DNA of 64,000 nucleotides from Bacillales bacterium UBA4691 (GTDB lineage: Bacteria; Bacillota_I; Bacilli_A; RFN20; CAG-826). Location: contig DHKP01000007.1 of the NCBI GenBank assembly GCA_002404865.1, positions 79,019 to 143,018 of the forward strand. The letters are read 5' to 3'. Made by a program: the position numbers and the translations under genes. The notes below the pieces were generated by a model. That model searched no databases. It worked only from the letters and a program-made list of their open reading frames with translations, and was not told the DNA's origin. Below are positions 8,729 through 17,307 of this stretch, piece by piece; position 1 is the stretch's first letter, and every line of letters starts with the position of its first letter.

Positions 8729-9508
8729 TTATTTCTTTTTCATAAAAGGAAGAGGCTTCCGCGAGGACGAATAAATTTTGTAAACCGCTTCATTATTCGA
8801 AAAACTATCCACAAAATCATGAATATTCTCTTTGCGCGTATGAAAAGCGAAGAATATTTTAATATCACAAGCGTCAATATCGTTTTTGTATTTGACGTTG
8901 ATGGTGCGGATGTTTTTAACGACAAGCTGATTTTCTAAGGCAATCTCGTTGATTTCTTTAAGAATCGGAACGTTTCTCGCAACAATGATATGTACGCTAG
9001 GCGAGCGTTTATAAAGCCAATGCTCAATAAAACTCAATCCGTATAAAAAGAATAATGCTACCGCAGTTGTGGCAATCGCTTCTAAGATATAGCCTACGCC
9101 ACAGGCCATACCGATACCTGTGCAGATCCAAAGGGTAGCCGCGGTCGTTAAGCCTTTAACGGAGGGACCGTTTTTAATGATTGTTCCGGCACTTAAAAAA
9201 CCAATCCCGGCGATAATTCCCGCCGCAATTCGAGAAGCGTCGTAATTAATTTTTTCGCGCGAGGTTGGCCAATTTGAAATATCTATGCCTTCAGCTAAGC
9301 CGATAGCCCAAACCGAAACAGCCATCATGAGGGTACATCCCACGCTTAACAAAACGTGCGTTCTTAAACCTGCCGCTTGCCCTCTAGCTTCTCTTTCTAT
9401 CCCAAGCAAAGAAGAAAGAGTGCCGGCAATTAAGGTTACAATAGCGATATATAGTCCCATTCCCCAGCCATCAAACATATAAGCAATCGAAGTAATCGCT
9501 TTATCCAT
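8729..9508 (-). CDS. MgtC/SapB-family membrane protein
   Basis: The N-terminal domain has the MgtC-type sequence LGIEREARGQAAGLRTHVLLSVGCTLMM followed by further TM helices. I prefer the ATG at 9508, which has GGAGG 8 nt upstream, over the GTG at 9514 used by the ORF track. Confidence 0.85.
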   Translation of the reverse strand: MDKAITSIAYMFDGWGMGLYIAIVTLIAGTLSSLLGIEREARGQAAGLRTHVLLSVGCTLMMAVSVWAIGLAEGIDISNWPTSREKINYDASRIAAGIIAGIGFLSAGTIIKNGPSVKGLTTAATLWICTGIGMACGVGYILEAIATTAVALFFLYGLSFIEHWLYKRSPSVHIIVARNVPILKEINEIALENQLVVKNIRTINVKYKNDIDACDIKIFFAFHTRKENIHDFVDSFSNNEAVYKIYSSSRKPLPFMKKK

Positions 9509-9700
9509 AGGCACTTCCTCCTAAAACCAATCTTAATTATAGCTTAAAGAAATCCTTTTTCCCAAAGCAAGGGTTTTGCCTCCTTAGAGTGAACGCTAGA
9601 GCATGTCTTTTGACAGCCTGTCCCATATTCTTTATAGTGAAAGCGGCCATTAGGCCAGGGAACCACTAGGTATATTACCCCCTTATCTGGTGGTTTTCTT

Positions 9701-12700
9701 TTAGCTCAATAAATAAGCAATATCTTCGTCGGTAAGATTCTTAATTGATTGTCCATCTTCGCTAGTCAAAATAGAGGCCAAATTCTTCTTTTTGTTTTGA
9801 AGCTCAAGCACTTTTTCTTCAATCGTGTCTTTGGCAATCATTTTATAAATGGTTACTTTGCGTTTTTGGCCAAGTCGGTGGGCACGGTCGCTTGCCTGCT
9901 CTTCGGCCGCTAAATTCCACCATGGATCAAGATGGTAAACTAAATCAGCTCCAATAAGGTTAAGCCCCGTTCCGCCCGCTTTTAGAGAAACTAACATAAC
10001 TTTGATATCGGGAAGGGAATTGAAAGCGTTAGCCATTTCAAGCCGCTTTTTCGCACTAATATCGCCATAGATGAAATAACTATCGATATGTAACGAGGAT
10101 AGCATTGACTGAATGTGAGAAAGAGCCTTTGCGAAACTAGAAAACACAATCACCTTGTGACCATTTTCGATTGCAGCCATTATCGAATCAATCAAGGCAA
10201 GAAGCTTTTCGCTTTCAAAATCGCATTCCAAAAACATACTTGGATCAACGCAAATTTCCCGTAGCCGAGTAAGGGCAGAGAGAATGACGAGCTTGCTAGT
10301 TTTTTTATCGAGTTCTGAGGCTTCTTTTCTTTCTTTCGTTCCTTTAAGAAGTTCTCTAGTTTTGAGCAAATAGCTCTCATAAAGTTTTCGTTGTTCTTCA
10401 CTTAAAGCAACAATCATGGTGTGCTCTTCTTTTGGAGGCAATTCTTTTAAAACCTCCTTTTTCGTGCGTTTCAAGAAGAATGGTTCGATACGATAGCGAA
10501 GGTGAAGTTCACTGTCCTTGTCCGCATATTCGAAGCCTCCATATTCGAGCTTGAAATCTTTGAAGGAAGGGAAATACCCTGGAAGCAAGAAATCAAAAAT
10601 GCTCCATAAATCAAGCAAGCTATTTTGAATGGGAGTTCCCGTAAGGACATAACGATGTTTAGCTTTGATTCGCTTAACGGCTTTGCTCTTTTTCGCAAAA
10701 GCATTCGCGATAAATTGCGCTTCATCCAAAAATAAATAAGAGAATTGAATATCGACAATTTTTTCGATATCGTTCCTTAAGGTGTCATAACTTATGATAA
10801 AAACGGCTTTTTTGCTGTTTTTCATTTTTAAAATCGCTTTTTCTCGCTCAATAGCGTTACCGGAGATAGTCATCACCTCTCTAGAAGGATCGAAGCGATG
10901 GAATTCGCTTTCCCAGTTATAGATAAGAGATTTTGGCGAGACAATAAGAATCGGTTCTTCTTCTTTATTACAGGAGAGGAAGGCGATAGTCTCAAGCGTC
11001 TTTCCTAACCCCATTTCATCCGCGAGAATTCCGCCTAAATGGTATTTATCATGCGCGAGTAGCCAACGAACACCATCTTTTTGATAAGGGCGAAGGGTTT
11101 TTTGCAAAGAGTCGCTCAGTTGCGACAAAGAGACGTTTTGATAAGAAGAAACGTCATGAATTAGTTGCACTAAAGCATCAGATAAAGAAACGTTATTGGA
11201 AGAACGATTTAACTTAAATACTTCATAAAAAGGAAGTTTTTGCCCCAAATCATCGCCGCTATATTCTTTAGCGATCGAAGCAATTTCCGAATGGTCATCG
11301 AGCACGATGAAACTACCATGAAGGCGCACGAACTTCTTGTGTTTTTTATATGCATTGAAAATTTCCGTCAGCTCTTCTTTGGAATAAGAGTCGCTTTCCA
11401 TCGACAAAGAGAACCAATCCTGACCGCTTTTTGTTTCAATCCGGATAGGAGAAACCGCTTTAGAAGTAGCGTTAACGAGATTGTCGCTTAGATATAGTTT
11501 GCAGCTATCTCCGAGAGTCTTTAAATCCGCGTGCAAGAAAGACAAAATAGTATTTTGGTTGGTTACTGAGCCACTACTCGGGAGAGAAAGCATTGCAAGT
11601 TCATTTTTAAAACGCTCAAGACGCAATGCGTTAATTTCGTTTGTCTGCAAGAATACTTCTTCTTCAATTTCTCTTAATCCCAAATAAAAAGTCGTTTTGC
11701 ATTCTAGAACATCATTCTCCGAATAAGAAATCGCGTAATGTATGCTAGAAATCTCGCTCCGATGGTTTTGCAAGAATTTTTCATCGACTTTCGTTCCTTT
11801 ATCTAGAAGAGGAACGATGTTTTTCCCAAGTTCATCCGCTAAAAGCTCATAAGGAAAATTTTCACTAGAAATGGCGAATCGATAAAGCTTTTCTTCGTTT
11901 TCGCTTTTAAACGAGAGCAAAGTAATTATTCTTTTACTCGTATCGATAAGCGCTGCGTTTTTGCTAGAAAAAAGTGCCGTTTCTGAATCAGCTAGAGGAC
12001 GAGAGAGGATAATATTTCCGTTTTCCCCAATGGAAAGAGAGGCTTCTTCTTTCGGAGTAATACGATAATCCAAGTCATCAAAGTCCACGCTTTTGCCTTG
12101 CAATAAAACGAGCAAGGAAACAAAATCCTCTTCTTTAAGCTCGCCAGTCTTATTCAAATAATAATAAGAAAGGCGGGTGCTCGAAAATAAAAAGGCAACA
12201 CGATCGATTTCTTCTAATTCATAGCTTCCGCCATCGATTTGGTTTTTGCCCATATGTATAGCCTCGCCCGCAAATATCGAAGCGAAAAAACGAGGCAAGT
12301 CATTTACCAAATACATCCGTTCGGTCCCGACCGATAAACGCAAAGAGAAGCGCTCCCCTCTTTCACTAGCGAATAAATATTCAACCTTTAATCGCTTTTT
12401 GCTTTGTGACAAATAACTAGAAAGAAGGTCTTTTTTGAGAACGATAAGCGAGGACTTTGCTTTTAAGTAGTCGCTAGCTTTCTTTTTACTAAGATTAGCA
12501 ATCGGAGCAATAGAAGAATAGCCTTTCTCATAACGCTTTTTCAAAGCCTCTTCGCTAGCGTTGCTATCCTCTTCTATAACAAACAAAGCGAGGCTTTTGC
12601 TAAATGGGTCATTCTTAGCGTAAGAAGGATAATAATCGCTGATCTCTTTATCGCCAGATACGGAAAAAGAAAGGAAGCGAGGTTCTCCGCTTTGCTTATG

Positions 12701-12862
12701 GAGAGCATAATAAGTAATCTTCGTATTTTCTTCATCAAATTTATAATAGATTTGATATTCGTTTGCCTTGAGTTTTTTATAAACGTCCAATAAAGACCCG
12801 TTAGAAGAAACAATTGTTTCCAGCTTTTTCACCTCAGAAGGATAAATATTGCGTAAATACAT
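9701..12862 (-). CDS. SNF2-family helicase (YwqA-like, with a long N-terminal SNF2-associated region)
   Basis: 1053 aa. The helicase motifs are LADEMGLGKT, LFLDEAQFIAN, LTGTPIQNS and DRAHRLGQKRKVTIY. It is tightly coupled to the upstream SWIM gene (TAAtATG). Confidence 0.9.
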   Translation of the reverse strand: MYLRNIYPSEVKKLETIVSSNGSLLDVYKKLKANEYQIYYKFDEENTKITYYALHKQSGEPRFLSFSVSGDKEISDYYPSYAKNDPFSKSLALFVIEEDSNASEEALKKRYEKGYSSIAPIANLSKKKASDYLKAKSSLIVLKKDLLSSYLSQSKKRLKVEYLFASERGERFSLRLSVGTERMYLVNDLPRFFASIFAGEAIHMGKNQIDGGSYELEEIDRVAFLFSSTRLSYYYLNKTGELKEEDFVSLLVLLQGKSVDFDDLDYRITPKEEASLSIGENGNIILSRPLADSETALFSSKNAALIDTSKRIITLLSFKSENEEKLYRFAISSENFPYELLADELGKNIVPLLDKGTKVDEKFLQNHRSEISSIHYAISYSENDVLECKTTFYLGLREIEEEVFLQTNEINALRLERFKNELAMLSLPSSGSVTNQNTILSFLHADLKTLGDSCKLYLSDNLVNATSKAVSPIRIETKSGQDWFSLSMESDSYSKEELTEIFNAYKKHKKFVRLHGSFIVLDDHSEIASIAKEYSGDDLGQKLPFYEVFKLNRSSNNVSLSDALVQLIHDVSSYQNVSLSQLSDSLQKTLRPYQKDGVRWLLAHDKYHLGGILADEMGLGKTLETIAFLSCNKEEEPILIVSPKSLIYNWESEFHRFDPSREVMTISGNAIEREKAILKMKNSKKAVFIISYDTLRNDIEKIVDIQFSYLFLDEAQFIANAFAKKSKAVKRIKAKHRYVLTGTPIQNSLLDLWSIFDFLLPGYFPSFKDFKLEYGGFEYADKDSELHLRYRIEPFFLKRTKKEVLKELPPKEEHTMIVALSEEQRKLYESYLLKTRELLKGTKERKEASELDKKTSKLVILSALTRLREICVDPSMFLECDFESEKLLALIDSIMAAIENGHKVIVFSSFAKALSHIQSMLSSLHIDSYFIYGDISAKKRLEMANAFNSLPDIKVMLVSLKAGGTGLNLIGADLVYHLDPWWNLAAEEQASDRAHRLGQKRKVTIYKMIAKDTIEEKVLELQNKKKNLASILTSEDGQSIKNLTDEDIAYLLS

Positions 12863-12863
12863 A

Positions 12864-14357
12864 TTAGATTCTCCATGGGGTAAAACCAGCTTGCTCTAGA
12901 ACATCTTTTTTCGCCAATATAGCGAAATAATCCGCAAATTCGGTTTCGTTCAATCTCGCTAATAGACGCGAATCTTCCAAATAAGGTTCCACTATTTCTT
13001 TAGGATAAGAATCGAAAATAGACAATAATGAAGAAATCGTATAAGAATCCAAATTCTTTTTCGCCAAGGCAGTTTCTATTCGCTTTTTTAATGAAGATTC
13101 ATAAAGTAGTTTGCAGGATAAAACCTCGCGAGAAAGGTTACGGAATTCCTCCAAATTCAATTTTTTTATCGTAAGTTCATTTGGCGATCGCAAAAAGTAA
13201 TAGGCTCTCTCGAAGCCTCGTAAAATAGCAACTTTTTCCAGTGAAAAAGCGTCTTTTTCTCTTTCTTCTATATTCAGCGATTCATAATAAGCGAGAAAAT
13301 CTTTTAGGGTAAGTCCGCGTGCAAATAACATCTTTCGGAAGGCTGCTTTGCTTTCTGCTTCGTTCCCATTACGAGCAAGAATTTCCCCGATTTCGCAAAG
13401 AAAAGGAGCGTCATAAGCCATGCTTCTATTTTCTAAGAAAAAGGGGAGAAAATCGACTAGCCCTCGTTTTTTTAATTCTTTTAGAATCTCTTCCGGGGGA
13501 AAAACGGAGCCAAACGATAATGACAATAGCTTTTTTATGCTCTCATTAGAAAAACTAGAAAGTATCGCCTCTCTATCTTTTGAAGACCCTAATAGATAAC
13601 GACAATCATAATATTTTTTATTTTCGATAGCTTCCAATATCGCGTCTAAAATAATCGGGCGAAATGATTCGTTCTCAACGGAAGAAAAGAAAAAGGAGCG
13701 TTTCGCTTCTCCATAGAAAAGGGAAAACAAACGGTGATAGGTTTCTTTCAAAGAAGCGCAAGAAAGATGCAAAGCGGAAATGCGCTTGACCGCGTCATTC
13801 CCAATAAATGAACTAGCAATAAAAAAATAAGAGTTAGCGACCTCATAAATCCGCTCAATGACATTTGGAATCTCTTCCTCTCCAATATCGTTTTTTGCTA
13901 TAGCGGTACTAAGTTCGGAAAAGCAATCATCCAAATAAAGGATGATTGATTTCTCCTTATAGGACTTTAATCCAATTGTCTTTATTTTTTCGAATAAGGA
14001 TACATTGGAGCTCCCACTTTCATTCTTTTTTTGCTTATCGATTTCGTATAAAGTCGCGGCGATGTGCTTGCAATAACCCGCTCCAGAATACGGACAATTA
14101 CAAACGGCTTTTTTGATAAGATTCTTTTGAAAATCAATCCGAACCGCATATGAATAAGAGCCATCTACATTCGCATGAAACTCGCCTTTGGCGAAATCCG
14201 CATAAGTCAAATCAACCCTATCTTCATAAAAATAACGCTCGCCGCGTTCCAAAGATTGCCTTGTGAAAAGAGAAAGGTTCTCATTGCATAAATAATTTAA
14301 AGAGTCATCTTTGTTTTTCGCCATATCTTTCATTTTAGCATATTCAAAAGAACACAA
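12864..14357 (-). CDS. SWIM zinc-finger domain protein (YwqB-like partner of the SNF2 helicase)
   Basis: The SWIM signature is CNCPYSGAGYCKHIAATLY (CxC...CxH), near the N-terminus of a 497-aa ORF. The ORF-track start at 14357 is a TTG. An in-frame ATG lies at 14333. No clear SD decides between them. Confidence 0.8.
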   Translation of the reverse strand: MCSFEYAKMKDMAKNKDDSLNYLCNENLSLFTRQSLERGERYFYEDRVDLTYADFAKGEFHANVDGSYSYAVRIDFQKNLIKKAVCNCPYSGAGYCKHIAATLYEIDKQKKNESGSSNVSLFEKIKTIGLKSYKEKSIILYLDDCFSELSTAIAKNDIGEEEIPNVIERIYEVANSYFFIASSFIGNDAVKRISALHLSCASLKETYHRLFSLFYGEAKRSFFFSSVENESFRPIILDAILEAIENKKYYDCRYLLGSSKDREAILSSFSNESIKKLLSLSFGSVFPPEEILKELKKRGLVDFLPFFLENRSMAYDAPFLCEIGEILARNGNEAESKAAFRKMLFARGLTLKDFLAYYESLNIEEREKDAFSLEKVAILRGFERAYYFLRSPNELTIKKLNLEEFRNLSREVLSCKLLYESSLKKRIETALAKKNLDSYTISSLLSIFDSYPKEIVEPYLEDSRLLARLNETEFADYFAILAKKDVLEQAGFTPWRI

Positions 14358-14390
14358 GGAAAGAAATGCAATCGGTAGAATTAACTAAGA

Positions 14391-15473
14391 TTATGAGAAA
14401 AGATTGTTCTTTAGTAGTGCAAAAAGGGTTTTGCCAATCGAATTGAGCTGTTTCTTATCCTCTTCAGGCAATTTTTTATATTCTTTCCTGACTTTCAAAA
14501 AGGAATCAAGTTTTTGATCAGTAATCTCTTTTGCGTTTTTTATCCCAGCGGAGGTTAGTAACGAAAATAGCGTTTCAATCAAATAATACCGTTCGTCCAG
14601 GGGAGTGCGATTCGCCCAATCATTAACGGCGTTCATCACTTTTTTCAAAGAAGGGTTCGATAAACTCTTTCTAAGAAAATGATCATTCTCAACCCGCCAA
14701 TTGTAAAGGCTATGCTGCTCAAAATATTTGCCTTCGCTCCCAACAATAAGTGAAAGAGTGTTTTCTTGATAAAGCTGGCCAAAAATAGAGTCAACGGGAA
14801 TGAAATGATAATAATTCTCTCTTCGTTCCGAAAGCGACAAGTTACTCATCATTTCCTTTGAAAAGCCAGGCCCATCAAAAGAATAGACGGCTTTAATTCG
14901 TTTTCTTTCTTCTTCGACGCTCGAAAAATAGACAAACGAAGCAAGATTCCCTCCTTTAGAATGCCCAACTAAAATGATAGGCTTGTTTGAAAAATGAAGT
15001 TCGTTTAAAAAGTATTTTCTCGCATCAAGTTGACTCTCCAAAGGTTTTTCGGTCGCAAGCAAGAAATCTTCTTTCCAGCCGAGTAAACTAGAGTCTGTTC
15101 CTCGATAAGCAATGACTTCATCGCCATTAGGAAGATAAAAACTAATCGCGGCAAATTGTTCTTCGTAGCTAGAAAAAGAGAAATGTTCGTACCTAAGTGC
15201 TCTAACATTATGATAGCGGGGATTCCCCGTAATCGCCAAAAAGAAGCGGTCATCATTTGTAGAATAGGCAACACGATTTAGAAAGGCGTCTTTTTTTGAA
15301 ATATCGTACATTTCACGTAGAGAAATAGAATCGCCGAATAGAGGAAGAAAAATTTCAAATGAGAAATAAGAAAGAAGAGAAAAAGCGGCGTAATCCACTT
15401 CATTAAAAGGAAATTCCTCAAAGGATCGCCACTCCTTTTCTAAATAATCAAGAATTTTTCCTTCCGTTATCAT
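14391..15473 (-). CDS. Alpha/beta-hydrolase, lipase-like (DUF2974 / Mbeg1-like family)
   Basis: The nucleophile elbow is VGHSKGGNLA (GxSxG). It is preceded by YRGTDSSLLGWKEDF, as in DUF2974 proteins. 360 aa. Confidence 0.7.
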   Translation of the reverse strand: MITEGKILDYLEKEWRSFEEFPFNEVDYAAFSLLSYFSFEIFLPLFGDSISLREMYDISKKDAFLNRVAYSTNDDRFFLAITGNPRYHNVRALRYEHFSFSSYEEQFAAISFYLPNGDEVIAYRGTDSSLLGWKEDFLLATEKPLESQLDARKYFLNELHFSNKPIILVGHSKGGNLASFVYFSSVEEERKRIKAVYSFDGPGFSKEMMSNLSLSERRENYYHFIPVDSIFGQLYQENTLSLIVGSEGKYFEQHSLYNWRVENDHFLRKSLSNPSLKKVMNAVNDWANRTPLDERYYLIETLFSLLTSAGIKNAKEITDQKLDSFLKVRKEYKKLPEEDKKQLNSIGKTLFALLKNNLFS

Positions 15474-15501
15474 CGGCTCATTTTACTCTTCTTTACGATT
15501 C

Positions 15502-17307
15502 TCATTCAAAAGCAAATTGGGAATTATACAAAGAGGCATAGAATCCATTTTCTTTCATTAAAGAATCGTGCGTCCCTTGCTCGACGATATTTCCGTCCTT
15601 CATGACGAGAATCAAATCGCTATTTTTAATCGTAGACAAACGGTGAGCAATCACAAAAGAAGTGCGCCCTTTGCTAAGTCGGTCCATCGCTTCTTGGATG
15701 ATTTCCTCGGTACGAGTATCAACATTGCTTGTCGCTTCATCAAGAATGAGCAGAGGCGCATTTCTAATCATGGCTCTTGCAATCGTGATGAGTTGTCTTT
15801 GCCCACTGGAAATGCTTGAAGGATCAACGATTTCATAATCGAGTCCGCCAGGAAGAGTATCCACGAAATATTTTAAATTCGCTTCTTTTAAAACCTCTTG
15901 TAAGCGGGCATCGCTAACATTTGATGTATTGTAAATAAGATTTTCGCGAACCGTTCCTTGGAAAACCCAAGTGTCTTGAAGAACCATGCCAAACAAATCG
16001 TGAATCTCTTCGCGCGACATCAAGGCGATATTCTTATCATCGACATAGATAGAACCAGAATTAATTTCATAGAACCGCATCAAAAGATTGACCATCGTCG
16101 TCTTTCCCGCCCCAGTCGGGCCAACAATCGCGACTTTCATCCCTGGATTAATGTCAATAGAGAAATCGTGGATAATTTCTCTAGAAGAATCGTAAGAGAA
16201 AGAAACGTGGGAGAAATTGACTTTTCCTTTCACCGCTTCTTTTCCATTACTAGGATCTAGAAGGAGACGAGGCTTATTGCTTTCATCACTCAATTCTTCT
16301 TCGCTTAAGAATTCGTAAACTCTAGCGTTAGCCGCACCAATCGTTTGGATATTGTTCATGGCTTGCGCGATGCTAGTCAAAGGCTGTTGGAACAAACGGA
16401 CGTAAACCAGGAAGGAAGCGATCGTTCCAAAGTCAACGCCACTATTTTCGCTGCACATGAGTAAGCCACCAGCGACAAGAACCGCGACATAAGCAAAATT
16501 AGAAATGAAGTTCATCGTCGGCATCATTAAGCCACCGCAAATTTGAGCCTTAAACAAGGTTTTCCCCAAATCCACATTCGCTTCATTAAAGGAAGAATTA
16601 TGACGCTCCTCAGCCCCAAATAGCTTGATTACTTTTTGGCCACTATAGTTTTCTTCGACAATCGCATTGACTTCCCCGATTTTTCTTTGACGTTTTTTAA
16701 ATTGCGGCATCGCTAATTTCATATCGCCTGCCACGAATAAAACCATAAGAGGCAAAGTCGCAAAAACAACAAGGGCCATTTGATAGCAAGTGATAAACAT
16801 CATAATGATCGTAAGGATGAGAAGGAAGACGCTTTCGCTCAAGGTCGATAAGGTCGTATCAAGGTTTTGAGAGATACTATCGACATCATTGGTAACCCGT
16901 GACATCGTGTCGCCAGTTTGATGGGAATCGAAATAGCGAAGCGGTAAGCGATTAATTTTCGTTTCTATGGCTTTACGCAAAGAATTGCAGTATCGCTGCG
17001 TCGCTGTGGTGAATAAAAAGTTGCCAATCGTTTGAGCGAGTGCCACTGTTACATAAAGGATCACTAAGATAATCGCAAAGTTTTGGACGAGATTTAAATC
17101 AATGGTTTTTGTCACGGCGTGCGAAGAAATCTCACGCGTAAGATCACCTAAATACGTAGGGGAAATCACTTCGATAATCGCAGCCCCTATCATTAGGAAA
17201 GCGCCAACAATAATAAAAGGGAGTAAATCCTTTAAGCCGGAGAATAAATTTTTCCAATCTTCTTTGGTCAATTTGCGCTTTTTTGGAGATTCGAAATTGT
17301 GATTCAT
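15502..17307 (-). CDS. ABC exporter, fused permease/ATPase subunit (second half of a heterodimeric pair)
   Basis: 601 aa. A six-TM region is followed by Walker A GPTGAGKTT, signature SSGQRQ and Walker B LLILDEATS. Its start overlaps the upstream stop (ATGA). Confidence 0.92.
   Translation of the reverse strand: MNHNFESPKKRKLTKEDWKNLFSGLKDLLPFIIVGAFLMIGAAIIEVISPTYLGDLTREISSHAVTKTIDLNLVQNFAIILVILYVTVALAQTIGNFLFTTATQRYCNSLRKAIETKINRLPLRYFDSHQTGDTMSRVTNDVDSISQNLDTTLSTLSESVFLLILTIIMMFITCYQMALVVFATLPLMVLFVAGDMKLAMPQFKKRQRKIGEVNAIVEENYSGQKVIKLFGAEERHNSSFNEANVDLGKTLFKAQICGGLMMPTMNFISNFAYVAVLVAGGLLMCSENSGVDFGTIASFLVYVRLFQQPLTSIAQAMNNIQTIGAANARVYEFLSEEELSDESNKPRLLLDPSNGKEAVKGKVNFSHVSFSYDSSREIIHDFSIDINPGMKVAIVGPTGAGKTTMVNLLMRFYEINSGSIYVDDKNIALMSREEIHDLFGMVLQDTWVFQGTVRENLIYNTSNVSDARLQEVLKEANLKYFVDTLPGGLDYEIVDPSSISSGQRQLITIARAMIRNAPLLILDEATSNVDTRTEEIIQEAMDRLSKGRTSFVIAHRLSTIKNSDLILVMKDGNIVEQGTHDSLMKENGFYASLYNSQFAFE

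Noticed and set aside
9515-9700. Possible Mg2+ (M-box) or Mn2+ (yybP-ykoY) riboswitch in the 186-nt region upstream of the MgtC-family gene
   Set aside because: Only scattered short resemblances exist (AAGGGGGUAAUA, GUCAAAAGACAUGC, GCUCUAGCG). The hallmark M-box segments (AGGUGAGG, GCCAUACAGUGCUAAAGC) are absent. The candidate core is about 90 nt, too short for an M-box. A promoter-like TTGGGA-18-TATAAT lies only ~30 nt upstream of the start codon, which leaves little leader. Running cmscan with RF00380 and RF00080 would settle it.
9701-15473. SNF2 + SWIM (+ DUF2974) as a DISARM-, BREX- or Zorya-like defence system
   Set aside because: No methyltransferase, DUF1998, PglZ, nuclease or other hallmark partner is adjacent. 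The pair matches the widespread housekeeping-context YwqA/YwqB arrangement instead.
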